From positions 1-28,488 of the forward strand of contig JBHHXT010000048.1 of NCBI GenBank assembly GCA_046757165.1: 28,488 bases of DNA. Direction: 5' to 3'. This stretch comes from a bacterium. Its GTDB lineage: Bacteria > Zhuqueibacterota > Zhuqueibacteria > Oceanimicrobiales > Oceanimicrobiaceae. Below are positions 7,199 to 15,792 of this stretch, in pieces. Below the pieces are notes generated by a model, which searched no databases, was not told where the DNA came from, and saw nothing but the letters and a program-made list of their open reading frames with translations. Numbering within the stretch: position 1 is the stretch's first letter; every line of letters begins with the position of its first letter. The translations under genes and the position numbers were made by a program.

Positions 7199-9732
7199 CT
7201 TGCCAGGATAACTTTTTTCCAGCATTGCAGGTTGTCCGAGCGCAACACGATAAGGTAAACTCCGCTGCCCGTCTCTTGCCCGTTTGCGCTCAGCCCGTCC
7301 CAGAGAAAACGGTTGCGGCCGCGGTCGAACGTCCGCTCAACCAGCGTCTTGACGTGGTACCCGCTCAGGTCATACACATCCAGCCGCACGCTTTGAGGTT
7401 GCTGCAATTCGAAGTCGATTCCCAGGGGAACGCCTCTCCCCGGCCGATACACATTGAAATCGAGTGTGAAGAAACCGCATCCTTCCCGGAACTGCGAATC
7501 TGGTACGTGAGTCATGTCAGGCGCGGGGATGGCGAATACACTCTCGAGCTGAACCGAAACATTGTTGGAGAGCTTGGTAGAATCCTCGTTGTCGGCGTGA
7601 ACAAGGGCGCGATTGACGAGCGCCAAATTGGGCTGCGTGATGTGCCGCGAAACAACGGCCACAAAGGCGAACGTCGTATCTGCCAGCGGGGCCAGATTGC
7701 CGAGACGCCAGACCAGCGTGTCTCCGCCGGCCAGGCCCCCCACCTGCACCGAGTCCGGCAGCACATCCTGCACGACAACCTGCTGCGCTTCAAGGGCTTC
7801 TTCGTTGCGCACCGTTACACGATAGGTGATGGACTCACCGGCGATGGCATACCAAAGCGTGTCTGCGTCGCGAACTTCAAACGAATCAGTTTTCACAGAT
7901 TGCGAGATGGAAAGGTCGGTTAGCCTGGTGACCGGCGGTCGTCTGAGCGCAAACGTGGTGTCCACCGCCAGGTTGTTTTCGAGAAGACCGGGCGTCTCGT
8001 TCCGGGCCTGCACGCCGACGATGTTGACGAGGGGGTGAAGGCCAACCGGCACATCATCAGCCACGACGGCATCAAAAGTGAGGATTGTGTCAGCAAACGC
8101 TGGCAGCTTTGGTAAGCGCCAGTCTATCGTTGCTGACACCGGGTTTGTTACAGCCGAGACGAAGGTCGGCAGCGAGTCTTGAATCATCACCTGACTGGCG
8201 GCCCGGTTGCCGAGATTGTGCACAAAGAGGGCGTAGGAAATCGTACCCCCTGGTTTCGCGAACCAGACGGTGTCTTCACCAGAGAGGGCGAAAGAGTCTG
8301 TTCTTGCCGACTGCGATACCGACAAATCGACGATCCTGAGTTTCACGAAATTGAACACCGTGTCCGCCGCCGAGTTGTTCTGGAGCTTTTCGGGATCATC
8401 ATTGTCCGATTCTACCGATACCGTGTTGATCAGAAGGTTTGTCCCGGTGGGCATCTGTGGCGCAACAGTCACCGCGATTCTCAGAGTTGTATCTGCCAGA
8501 GGCGGAAGTGTGCCCAGGGTCCAGTTCAGCGTGTCGCCGGCCATACCGTCCGTTGCTTGAACCGAATCCGGGAGCGCATCCTGGACGGTGACGTTCTCGG
8601 CAGCCACCTGGCTCGAGTTGGTGATGGTGAGAAAATATGAGAAGGTCTCCCCTGCCCTGGCAAACCAGATGGAATCCTGGCCCTGTACGACAAGTGAATC
8701 GGTGCGGATGCGCTCGCTCACCCCCACGTCGGTCATCGGAGGGGGCGCAAACAAGACAACCGTGGCGTTGTCGATGTTGTTTGCATCGGTCGTATCACAG
8801 GCAGAAGCGACCATACCTATCGAGTGAATCTGACGCGGTAAGGAGTCTTCTGCCTGCATTTGCGCAGCTTTGCCGGTAAGTTCGATAGTCAGCATTTGCG
8901 CCACGGCAAGTGAATCGACATGCCAGAATATGATTTGACTTTGCTCGCTGGCGACGATGGAATCAGGCGGCAAGGTAAAGGCGGTCGCATCGAATTCCAA
9001 CCGCTCTGAGACCTCATCGGTGATGGTCATGTCGCGTGCCGTCCCCGGCCCATGGTTGGTGACCTTCAAGGTCAAAGAAAACGGGTGGTCGACAGCGGCT
9101 GAATCGCTGTTGGCAGTGTGAATGATTTCTAAGTCGAACGTCCGTTTGTTGACAAAGTGGAGGACAAGTTCAAACAGGTGAACACTCTCGGGCCCGTCAA
9201 AACCATCGCTGTCCGGATTGATGAACTCAGGATACTCGTCAGCGATCAAGGCATAGTGATTCAGGATGATGCGGTTGATTCCCTCGCGGAAATAGAAGAC
9301 ACCGGCATCGCGGGTGGTGTCAAATTCAGCCTTTGGCAAATCTCCAACGATATTGACGACCCTGAATTCACCCGCATTCGGGTCACACAGTCCAGCGGAG
9401 GAGCTGTCCGGGTAGGCGACTTGCAAAAAGAAACTCTCGTTGGATTTGCCGCCAGAGTATTCGACCCCGGCGAAGATTCGATAGTAGCCAGCCGTGCTAA
9501 TCTCGACGCACGCGGCCTCGATGGTCATCTCGTCTTCCCCTTTGTCCACACGCACGACGATCTCGTCCCGGTCCAATTCGATGCCAAACGTATCGCCCGG
9601 CGTCGAGACGGGCACAGGAAGGCAGTCATCTGATTGGCTCAAAAGAGGGAGGGGCAGGAGAAGGAACGTCGGGAGAAGAAGAATGTAGAGCGCTCCTGCA
9701 AGCAGGGCAAATTTTGGTGCTCGTGTTCGCAT
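7195..9732 (-). CDS. Secreted DUF11-repeat surface protein with C-terminal FlgD-Ig / T9SS-type sorting domain (845 aa)
   Basis: Long hydrophobic signal; four repeats of D(L/V)x(I/V)...(Y/L)xLxVxN...V.vQD.LP...W.LG.L...N...NN; C-terminal VRLDVYDLSGYHVKTL...WDG....G....SGVYLI......KKVILAR. Confidence 0.82.
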   Translation of the reverse strand: MRTRAPKFALLAGALYILLLPTFLLLPLPLLSQSDDCLPVPVSTPGDTFGIELDRDEIVVRVDKGEDEMTIEAACVEISTAGYYRIFAGVEYSGGKSNESFFLQVAYPDSSSAGLCDPNAGEFRVVNIVGDLPKAEFDTTRDAGVFYFREGINRIILNHYALIADEYPEFINPDSDGFDGPESVHLFELVLHFVNKRTFDLEIIHTANSDSAAVDHPFSLTLKVTNHGPGTARDMTITDEVSERLEFDATAFTLPPDSIVASEQSQIIFWHVDSLAVAQMLTIELTGKAAQMQAEDSLPRQIHSIGMVASACDTTDANNIDNATVVLFAPPPMTDVGVSERIRTDSLVVQGQDSIWFARAGETFSYFLTITNSSQVAAENVTVQDALPDSVQATDGMAGDTLNWTLGTLPPLADTTLRIAVTVAPQMPTGTNLLINTVSVESDNDDPEKLQNNSAADTVFNFVKLRIVDLSVSQSARTDSFALSGEDTVWFAKPGGTISYALFVHNLGNRAASQVMIQDSLPTFVSAVTNPVSATIDWRLPKLPAFADTILTFDAVVADDVPVGLHPLVNIVGVQARNETPGLLENNLAVDTTFALRRPPVTRLTDLSISQSVKTDSFEVRDADTLWYAIAGESITYRVTVRNEEALEAQQVVVQDVLPDSVQVGGLAGGDTLVWRLGNLAPLADTTFAFVAVVSRHITQPNLALVNRALVHADNEDSTKLSNNVSVQLESVFAIPAPDMTHVPDSQFREGCGFFTLDFNVYRPGRGVPLGIDFELQQPQSVRLDVYDLSGYHVKTLVERTFDRGRNRFLWDGLSANGQETGSGVYLIVLRSDNLQCWKKVILAR

Positions 9733-9987
9733 GGTGTTTTACCAAAGAGCCATTTACACCTCGGGACGCTGGCCGCACGTCCGGTTCTAAAGGATGTATT
9801 ATATAATTAGGAACAGTTTCCCCGGAATGCGAACTTTTGTTGCGAAAATTTAATAGCATATTTGCCGAGGTGAACCTGACTGGCACTAAATTTGAGACCG
9901 CCCGGGTCAAATGCGTGGTGAAAGCGCTGAGCCTGCCCGTTCCCGCGCCATGATTGGCAAAACGGTTAGATTTGACAGAAATATTGC

Positions 9988-10016
9988 TTGCAATCCGTCA
10001 GGCTTCTGGTTATATT
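9988..10016 (+). promoter_or_regulatory. Sigma70-type promoter for yitJ
   Basis: TTGCAA (9988-9993), 17-nt spacer, TATATT (10011-10016); AAGGA just upstream of ATG 10058. Confidence 0.55.
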
Positions 10017-10057
10017 TCTGAAATTATTAATGTTAACCTCCTCACATAGAAGGACCT

Positions 10058-11929
10058 ATGAAGCGAAAAAACTTTCTGGACGAAGTTGCAACTCGCGTCA
10101 TCCTTTTCGATGGCGCCATGGGCACCATGCTCTACAATCGCGGAATTTTCATCAACCAGTGTTTTGACCACGTCAATCTCACCAATCCCAAGCTCGTCAA
10201 GGAAATCCATGCGGCTTACGCCAACGCCGGTGCCGACGTGCTGCAGACCAACAGTTTCGGTGCCAACCGCTTCAAACTGAAAAAACACGGGCTGGAAGAG
10301 TCGCTGGAATCGATAAATTATCAGGCGGCAAAGCTGGCGCGTGAGGTCGCGGGCGAACAGCTCTACGTCGCGGGCTCCATCGGTCCGCTGGGTATCAGAA
10401 TCGAGCCCTGGGGAAAGACCAGCCACAAAGAGGCGCTGGAGGCGTTCCGCATGCAAGGCGAAGCGCTTCTGAACGGCGGCGTCGACCTGTTCGTGCTGGA
10501 AACGTTTTCTGACTTGAGCGAGATCGAGCAGGCTATCCTGGCCATTCGCGACCTGTGCGATTTGCCCATCATCGCGGAGATGACCATTGACGAATCTGGC
10601 GCGTCGCTCTACGGCGCCTCGACAGAAACGTTTACGTTCCGTCTCGACCAGTGGGCCGCCGACATCATCGGCATCAATTGTTCTGTTGGCCCGCCGGCCA
10701 TGATGGACGCGCTGGAAAAGATGGTCCATGTCACCAAGAAGCCGATTATCATTCAGCCCAACGCCGGCACACCGCGGGTGGTGGAAGAACGGAACATCTA
10801 CCTGGCCAGCCCGGAGTACATGAGCGAATATGCCATGCGGTTCATCAAAACCGGCGCGCGGCTGGTGGGAGGATGCTGCGGCACCACGCCAGAGTACATC
10901 AAGGCCGTGGAGAAAACGGTGCGGATGCAAAGCCCGCGCCAGCACAACTTTACCATCACCGTCCCGAGAGTGGCCATGGATGAAGCAGAACCCTTGCCGC
11001 GTGTCAAGAAGAGCAAATTTGCGGCAAAGCTGGTCAAGGGAGAACTCGTCACCAGCGTCGAGATTGTGCCTCCACGTGGCAGTGATGCCAGCAAGATCAT
11101 CGCGGCCACGCGCAAATTGCAGGAGTTTGGCGTCGATGCCATCAACGTGCCGGACGGCCCGCGGGCCATGTGCCGTATGGGCGCACAACATCTCAGCATC
11201 ATCATCGAGCAGCAAGTCGGCATCGAAACCATCCTGCACTACTGCTGCCGGGACCGCAATCTGCTCGGCATGCAATCGGATATCATGGGCCTGGCTGCGG
11301 TTGGCTTGCGCAACATCCTCATCATCACAGGCGATCCCCCCAAAATGGGGGACTATCCGGACGCCACGGCGGTCTTCGACGTCGATTCCATCGGCCTCAC
11401 CAACATGGTCAACCACATGAACCATGGCCTGGATCTGAGCCGCACGTCACTTGACGCCCCCACTGCGTTCCACATCGGCGTTGGCCTCAATCCTGGCGCC
11501 ATCGATGCCGAGCGCGAAATCAAACGTTTTGAATGGAAGGTGGATGCTGGCGCCGAGTTTGCCATCACGCAGCCGGTCTTCGATCCGGATATTCTGCTCG
11601 ATTTTCTGCCGAAGATCAAGCACATTGATATTCCCATCATCGCCGGCATCTGGCCGCTGGTCAGCCTGCGCAATGCGGAATTCATGAACACGGAAGTGCC
11701 AGGCGCCTCAGTCCCGCAGCGCTACATGGAGCGCATGCGTCAGGCACAGGAAATCTCCAAAGAAGCCGCGCGCGCCGAAGGCATTCGCATCGCTCAGGAA
11801 GCGATGGAACAGAGCATCGAGCATGTTAGAGGCTTTCAGGTCAGCGCCCCGTTTGGCCGGGTGGAATACTCGATGGAGGTCTTATCCGTGCTGAAAAAGT
11901 TTGGGGGGAACGAGGAAGAACCCGGGTAG
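10058..11929 (+). CDS. yitJ: Bifunctional homocysteine S-methyltransferase / 5,10-methylenetetrahydrofolate reductase
   Basis: N-terminal DGAMGT, AGAD...TNSFGAN, AGSIGP, and Zn ligands GINCSVGP and GGCCGTTP; C-terminal MTHFR with VEIVPP, HYCCRDRN, ITGDPPKMGDYP, KVDAGAEFAITQPVFD. Confidence 0.93.
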   Translation: MKRKNFLDEVATRVILFDGAMGTMLYNRGIFINQCFDHVNLTNPKLVKEIHAAYANAGADVLQTNSFGANRFKLKKHGLEESLESINYQAAKLAREVAGEQLYVAGSIGPLGIRIEPWGKTSHKEALEAFRMQGEALLNGGVDLFVLETFSDLSEIEQAILAIRDLCDLPIIAEMTIDESGASLYGASTETFTFRLDQWAADIIGINCSVGPPAMMDALEKMVHVTKKPIIIQPNAGTPRVVEERNIYLASPEYMSEYAMRFIKTGARLVGGCCGTTPEYIKAVEKTVRMQSPRQHNFTITVPRVAMDEAEPLPRVKKSKFAAKLVKGELVTSVEIVPPRGSDASKIIAATRKLQEFGVDAINVPDGPRAMCRMGAQHLSIIIEQQVGIETILHYCCRDRNLLGMQSDIMGLAAVGLRNILIITGDPPKMGDYPDATAVFDVDSIGLTNMVNHMNHGLDLSRTSLDAPTAFHIGVGLNPGAIDAEREIKRFEWKVDAGAEFAITQPVFDPDILLDFLPKIKHIDIPIIAGIWPLVSLRNAEFMNTEVPGASVPQRYMERMRQAQEISKEAARAEGIRIAQEAMEQSIEHVRGFQVSAPFGRVEYSMEVLSVLKKFGGNEEEPG

Positions 11930-12000
11930 CGCACGCCATCTGTGGGGACAAACCGGCCTGGCACCTGAATGTCAAACCCAGCAAAACATGGAGAATGGTT

Positions 12001-12882
12001 ATGCTGCTATGCAAATCCCACCCTGCACGATTCACCGTGATCGCAATCACCCTGTTAAGCTGCGCTGTCGTCAGCCCAGGCCAAATGGTGGCAGCGGCCC
12101 CTGTTCAAAAATCCGTCGTCCGCGCGTGGTTCACCACCAAGATAGTCGATCGCGAGCCCGTGGACAACATTGACACGCTCACCACCGAAGCCTCCAAAAT
12201 CTACTACTTTACGGAGCTTCAAGGTCTGAGCGGCAAAACCATCAAACATCGCTGGCTTTTTGACGACAAAACTCTCGCAGAGGTCTCCTTTATGATCAAA
12301 GGGTCGAGATGGCGGGTGAATTCCAGCAAGAATCTGATCAAGGACTGGCTGGGCGAATGGACGGTCGAGGTCGTCGACGAGGCCGGTACCGTTCTCCATA
12401 CCGACCGGTTCTTCTTTGCGGAAAAGCCAGGAGGTGCAGCCATCGATAGCCAACCTCCCGAACCTGCACCTGCGCATACAAGCGCCCCACGGACGGCCGA
12501 AGCGCGGGCGCGGGAGAGCGCAGAAACCACCGGGAGGGCAGAAAGCGCGCCAGCCTCCAGCCATATCAAGAGAGCCGCATTTGCCACCGCGATTGTCGAC
12601 CGGGAGCCTGTGAACACGGTCGACACCTTGTATACGGATGTCACAAGAATATTTTTCTTCACGGAAGTCAAAGATATGGCCGGCCAGAGGATCATGCATC
12701 GCTGGCTGCATGGCTCGGAAGGCAAAGCCGAGGTTTCGTTCAACATCGGCGGGGCCAGGTGGCGGGTGCATTCCAGCAAGAATTTGCTCCCTGAGTGGAC
12801 CGGCGAATGGCGGGTTGAAGTCCTCGGCCCGGACGGCTCCGCTCTGATAGAAAAAAAGTTCATCTATCTCAAAAAACCCTAA
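12001..12882 (+). CDS. Exported protein with two tandem DUF2914-like domains
   Basis: Signal peptide; two copies of F.T.IVDREPV...(Y/F)FTE......I.HRW......VSF.I.G.RWRV.SSKNL...W.GEW.VEV, joined by a Pro/Ala/Glu-rich linker. GGAG at 11990-11993 favours ATG 12001 over 11995. Confidence 0.82.
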   Translation: MLLCKSHPARFTVIAITLLSCAVVSPGQMVAAAPVQKSVVRAWFTTKIVDREPVDNIDTLTTEASKIYYFTELQGLSGKTIKHRWLFDDKTLAEVSFMIKGSRWRVNSSKNLIKDWLGEWTVEVVDEAGTVLHTDRFFFAEKPGGAAIDSQPPEPAPAHTSAPRTAEARARESAETTGRAESAPASSHIKRAAFATAIVDREPVNTVDTLYTDVTRIFFFTEVKDMAGQRIMHRWLHGSEGKAEVSFNIGGARWRVHSSKNLLPEWTGEWRVEVLGPDGSALIEKKFIYLKKP

Positions 12883-12922
12883 GCCGGACAAGCCCCGCAG
12901 AAGGCGCGGGATTTGACAACCG

Positions 12923-12963
12923 GAAATCCGAAATCCTAAACTCGAAACTCAAACTCGAAACTC
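12923..12963. repeat. Degenerate heptamer tandem repeat
   Basis: GAAATCC GAAATCC TAAACTC GAAACTC AAACTC GAAACTC. Confidence 0.75.
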
Positions 12964-13050
12964 GAAAAAAAGTGTGCCACCAAAAAGTCTTGTCAAAAAA
13001 GTGACAGAAAAGAACTCGTCAGGGATTAAACTCTGCCGGGATAAATTGAC

Positions 13051-13078
13051 TTGACTTTTTTGTGAATTCTGCTATATT
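13051..13078 (+). promoter_or_regulatory. Sigma70-type promoter for the tRNA
   Basis: TTGACT (13051-13056), 16-nt spacer, extended -10 TG-c-TATATT (13070-13078). Confidence 0.6.
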
Positions 13079-13153
13079 GGGACTGCAATTTCCCGGGCGC
13101 GAAAAAGTGGCCAGGGGAAGTGTTTTTGATTCTTCGAAAACATGAACATCATC

Positions 13154-13227
13154 GGCGGTGTAGCTCAGTTGGCTAGAGCAGCGGAATCATAATCCGCGAG
13201 TCCGGGGTTCGAGTCCCTGCACCGCTA
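13154..13227 (+). tRNA. tRNA-Met(CAT), probably elongator; CCA not encoded
   Basis: Acceptor stem GGCGGTG/CACCGCT, D arm GCTC..GAGC, anticodon stem GCGGA/TCCGC with loop ATCATAA (CAT 13188-13190), T loop GGTTCGAGTCC, discriminator A followed by CGA. Initiator hallmarks are absent; Ile2 is not fully excluded. Confidence 0.93.
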
Positions 13228-13243
13228 CGACGGGCTTCTTGCC

Positions 13244-13273
13244 AAAAAAGGCTTACGATTAAGCCTTTTTTTT
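13244..13273 (+). terminator. Intrinsic terminator after the tRNA, potentially bidirectional
   Basis: AAAAAAGGCTTA-cgat-TAAGCCTTTTTTTT. Confidence 0.85.
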
Positions 13274-13295
13274 ATTTCAATAACCGGAGAGACAA

Positions 13296-13586
13296 ATGAC
13301 GACTCGAAGAAGACTGACCGAAGCGGAAATTACCGCCAGAGTTGCTACGCTACCGGGCTGGTCCATTCAAAATAGCAAGCTGATCAAGATGTTTCAATTT
13401 GACACCTTTGTGGATGCTTTTGGGTTCATGACCAAAGTGGCGCTCGTAGCTGAAGGGATGAATCACCACCCCGAGTGGCAAAACGTCTACAACAAAGTTG
13501 CGGTAGAGTTGACAACGCATGACCTCGGTGGCCTGAGCACCTTTGATTTCGAGCTCGCCACCCGGATCGAGTCCTGTTTGAAATAG
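13296..13586 (+). CDS. phhB: Pterin-4-alpha-carbinolamine dehydratase (4a-hydroxytetrahydrobiopterin dehydratase)
   Basis: LPGW, F.F..F..AFGFM..VA..AE, catalytic motif NHHPEW.N.YN.V, LTTHDLGGLS..D..LA; GGAG upstream. Confidence 0.92.
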   Translation: MTTRRRLTEAEITARVATLPGWSIQNSKLIKMFQFDTFVDAFGFMTKVALVAEGMNHHPEWQNVYNKVAVELTTHDLGGLSTFDFELATRIESCLK

Positions 13587-13927
13587 CGCTGCTTTGCGGC
13601 CCCGTCTCATTCGTTGCACACCATTAAGATGTATTGAGGTCATTTAATTTGGTTTATTTGGAAAGGATGTCTATTTTGCCTACAAAGGACGGAATCTTCC
13701 GGCAGGATAAGGAGCTTGGAATATGGAGGTTCCAAAGAGGTCATCACTGTTCATCAAAACAAAAACCATGCGACTGCGCTGGCAGCTCCTTCTCCTCGCT
13801 TCCTTGCTCCTCTTTCTAGGTCTTCTCATAAAATCACTCCCAGGCTTCCCCTTTGTCTTTCCGGTTTTTTTGCGAAAGCGGGCAGACAGGTCGATCCGGA
13901 AATTCTGATTTATGTTACGCTAGGGTC

Positions 13928-13956
13928 GTGACGTTTTTCGCAAATAATCATATATT
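13928..13956 (+). promoter_or_regulatory. Possible sigma70-type promoter for the c-di-GMP operon
   Basis: GTGACG (13928-13933), 17-nt spacer, TATATT (13951-13956). Confidence 0.35.
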
Positions 13957-14052
13957 TACACCTTGTGATTTTTGATTCTTTCCCGATAAAAGGGTTAAGA
14001 GCGCGAGACCGATTTTTTCCCGACGTGGTTAGCATGAGACGAAACTGGCTGA

Positions 14053-15792
14053 ATGAGCAACAAGAAGATTACGGCATTCCTGTTTGACTCAAATCCTGAT
14101 CTGAAAGAAATCTTATGTAGTCTGAGTTTACAGGAGGAGGGCTGCTCCATCGAGATCGAGACCTCGGGCCAGCTTCAACTCGGTCTGGCCCGTGTCGCAA
14201 GTGGCGAGATCGATGTTGCGTTTATCGATTTGACTTCTCAAACCGGACGTCTCGGCAGCCTCGCAAACGAGATGAAGACCGTGGCCAGATGTTGCCCGGT
14301 CATCGCCTTGATCGATGGCGATGAGAACAGCAAGGTTGTGGCGAAACAGCTTGGCGCGTCGGACTTGCTCACCCGGCGCGAGCTCGATGAGAACACCATA
14401 ATGCGCACGATCCGGTATGCCCTGGAACGACATCGGCTGATTCGGCAGTTGGAATCGTCCAGGCAATATGATTTCCTGACCGGCCTGTCGAACCGGGTCT
14501 TGTTTCGCACGATTTTCAGCCGCGTGGTCCAGCAGGCGGGGTGCAGTCATCGTAAAGTTGCCCTGTTTTTTCTCGACCTGGACAAGTTCAAGCGTATCAA
14601 TGATACGCTCGGTCACGATACAGGCGACAGCATTCTCGTTCTGGTTGCTGAGCGCCTCAAATCAGTGGTACATGAGACGGATACGGTAGCCCGTCTCGGA
14701 GGCGACGAATTTGCGGTGATTCTCGATGGCGTTGACGATCGCGAAGAGGTCTGCTCGCGCGCGCAACTGATTCTGGACGCTCTGTCTGCCCCCTTCCGCG
14801 TCGAACAGCACGAGATTTTCATGACGGTCAGCATTGGGATCTGTGTGTATCCCGGTGATGGCAACGACGCCAGCACATTGTTCAAGAAAGCGGACGTCGC
14901 CATGTACCGGGCGAAAAGTAGTGGCAGAAACAACTACCAACATTACCAGCACTCGATGGATGCGAGCTTCAAAGAGCATTTGAGTTTGGAGAGTGACCTG
15001 CGCAGAGCCATTGAGAACAACGAGCTGGTCGTCTACTACCAGCCACAGGTTGACTTGCAAACAGGCAGAATAATCGGCGTAGAGAGTCTGGTGCGCTGGC
15101 ATCACCCAGAACTCGGTCTCATGGCACCTGCAAAGTTTGTTCCCCTGGCAGAGCAAACGGGTATCATTGTCAGCATTGACCAGTGGGTCTTGTCCCACGC
15201 CTGCACGCAGGTGAAAGACTGGCTGGACAATTTAACCGAACATCTCGAGCTGTCGGTCAATCTCTCGGCAAAACAGTTTCGTCGCCGCAGTTTACCACAA
15301 TTGGTGAACCGCATTCTCGCCCAGACCGGGTTTTCGCCAAAGAACCTCTGTCTTGAAATCACCGAAAGCTCCGTCATGCGTCAGGTGGAGGCGAGCATTG
15401 CAATTCTGGACTCGTTAAAGCAAATCGGTTTGAAGTTATCACTGGACGATTTCGGAACGGGATATTCTTCGCTGAACTATCTGAAACGGTTTCCGCTGGA
15501 CAAGCTGAAAGTCGACCGCTCGTTCGTTATGGACATCCCGGCGGACCGTCACGACATGGCCATCTCGACGGCCATTGTGGTCCTGGCGCAAAGCATGGCG
15601 CTCGAGGTTGTTGCCGAAGGCGTAGAGACGCCGGAGCAGCTTGCTTTCTTTAGATCTCTCAAGTGTGATTCGTTTCAGGGATACATCTTCAGCCGGCCAG
15701 TGCCGGCCAACGAGATCACCCGCATGCTCGAAACGGATAAGCGGATCATTTTCGATGACGTCCCCCAGACTTTCGCGGAAGTTGAACAATGA
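14053..15792 (+). CDS. Atypical REC - GGDEF - EAL diguanylate cyclase/phosphodiesterase
   Basis: Degenerate receiver (IDVAFIDL); [66 protein letters not shown]. Confidence 0.92.
   Translation: MSNKKITAFLFDSNPDLKEILCSLSLQEEGCSIEIETSGQLQLGLARVASGEIDVAFIDLTSQTGRLGSLANEMKTVARCCPVIALIDGDENSKVVAKQLGASDLLTRRELDENTIMRTIRYALERHRLIRQLESSRQYDFLTGLSNRVLFRTIFSRVVQQAGCSHRKVALFFLDLDKFKRINDTLGHDTGDSILVLVAERLKSVVHETDTVARLGGDEFAVILDGVDDREEVCSRAQLILDALSAPFRVEQHEIFMTVSIGICVYPGDGNDASTLFKKADVAMYRAKSSGRNNYQHYQHSMDASFKEHLSLESDLRRAIENNELVVYYQPQVDLQTGRIIGVESLVRWHHPELGLMAPAKFVPLAEQTGIIVSIDQWVLSHACTQVKDWLDNLTEHLELSVNLSAKQFRRRSLPQLVNRILAQTGFSPKNLCLEITESSVMRQVEASIAILDSLKQIGLKLSLDDFGTGYSSLNYLKRFPLDKLKVDRSFVMDIPADRHDMAISTAIVVLAQSMALEVVAEGVETPEQLAFFRSLKCDSFQGYIFSRPVPANEITRMLETDKRIIFDDVPQTFAEVEQ

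Noticed and set aside
9733..10057. SAM (S-box) riboswitch upstream of yitJ
   Set aside because: No ATC.AGAG...GAT core or terminator is visible, and the predicted promoter leaves only about 35 nt of leader.
10010..11425. 471-aa minus-strand ORF
   Set aside because: Antisense shadow of yitJ, expected from GC-rich codon bias; no motifs.
12923..12963. CRISPR array
   Set aside because: Units are 6-7 bp with no spacers, and no cas genes are present.
13154..13227. Initiator tRNA-fMet
   Set aside because: Position 1-72 is G-U rather than a C-A mismatch, and the anticodon stem lacks three consecutive G-C pairs.
13587..14052. c-di-GMP riboswitch or sigma28 promoter upstream of the GGDEF operon
   Set aside because: No GEMM-like two-hairpin consensus; CCGATAA at 13983 has no TAAA at the right spacing.
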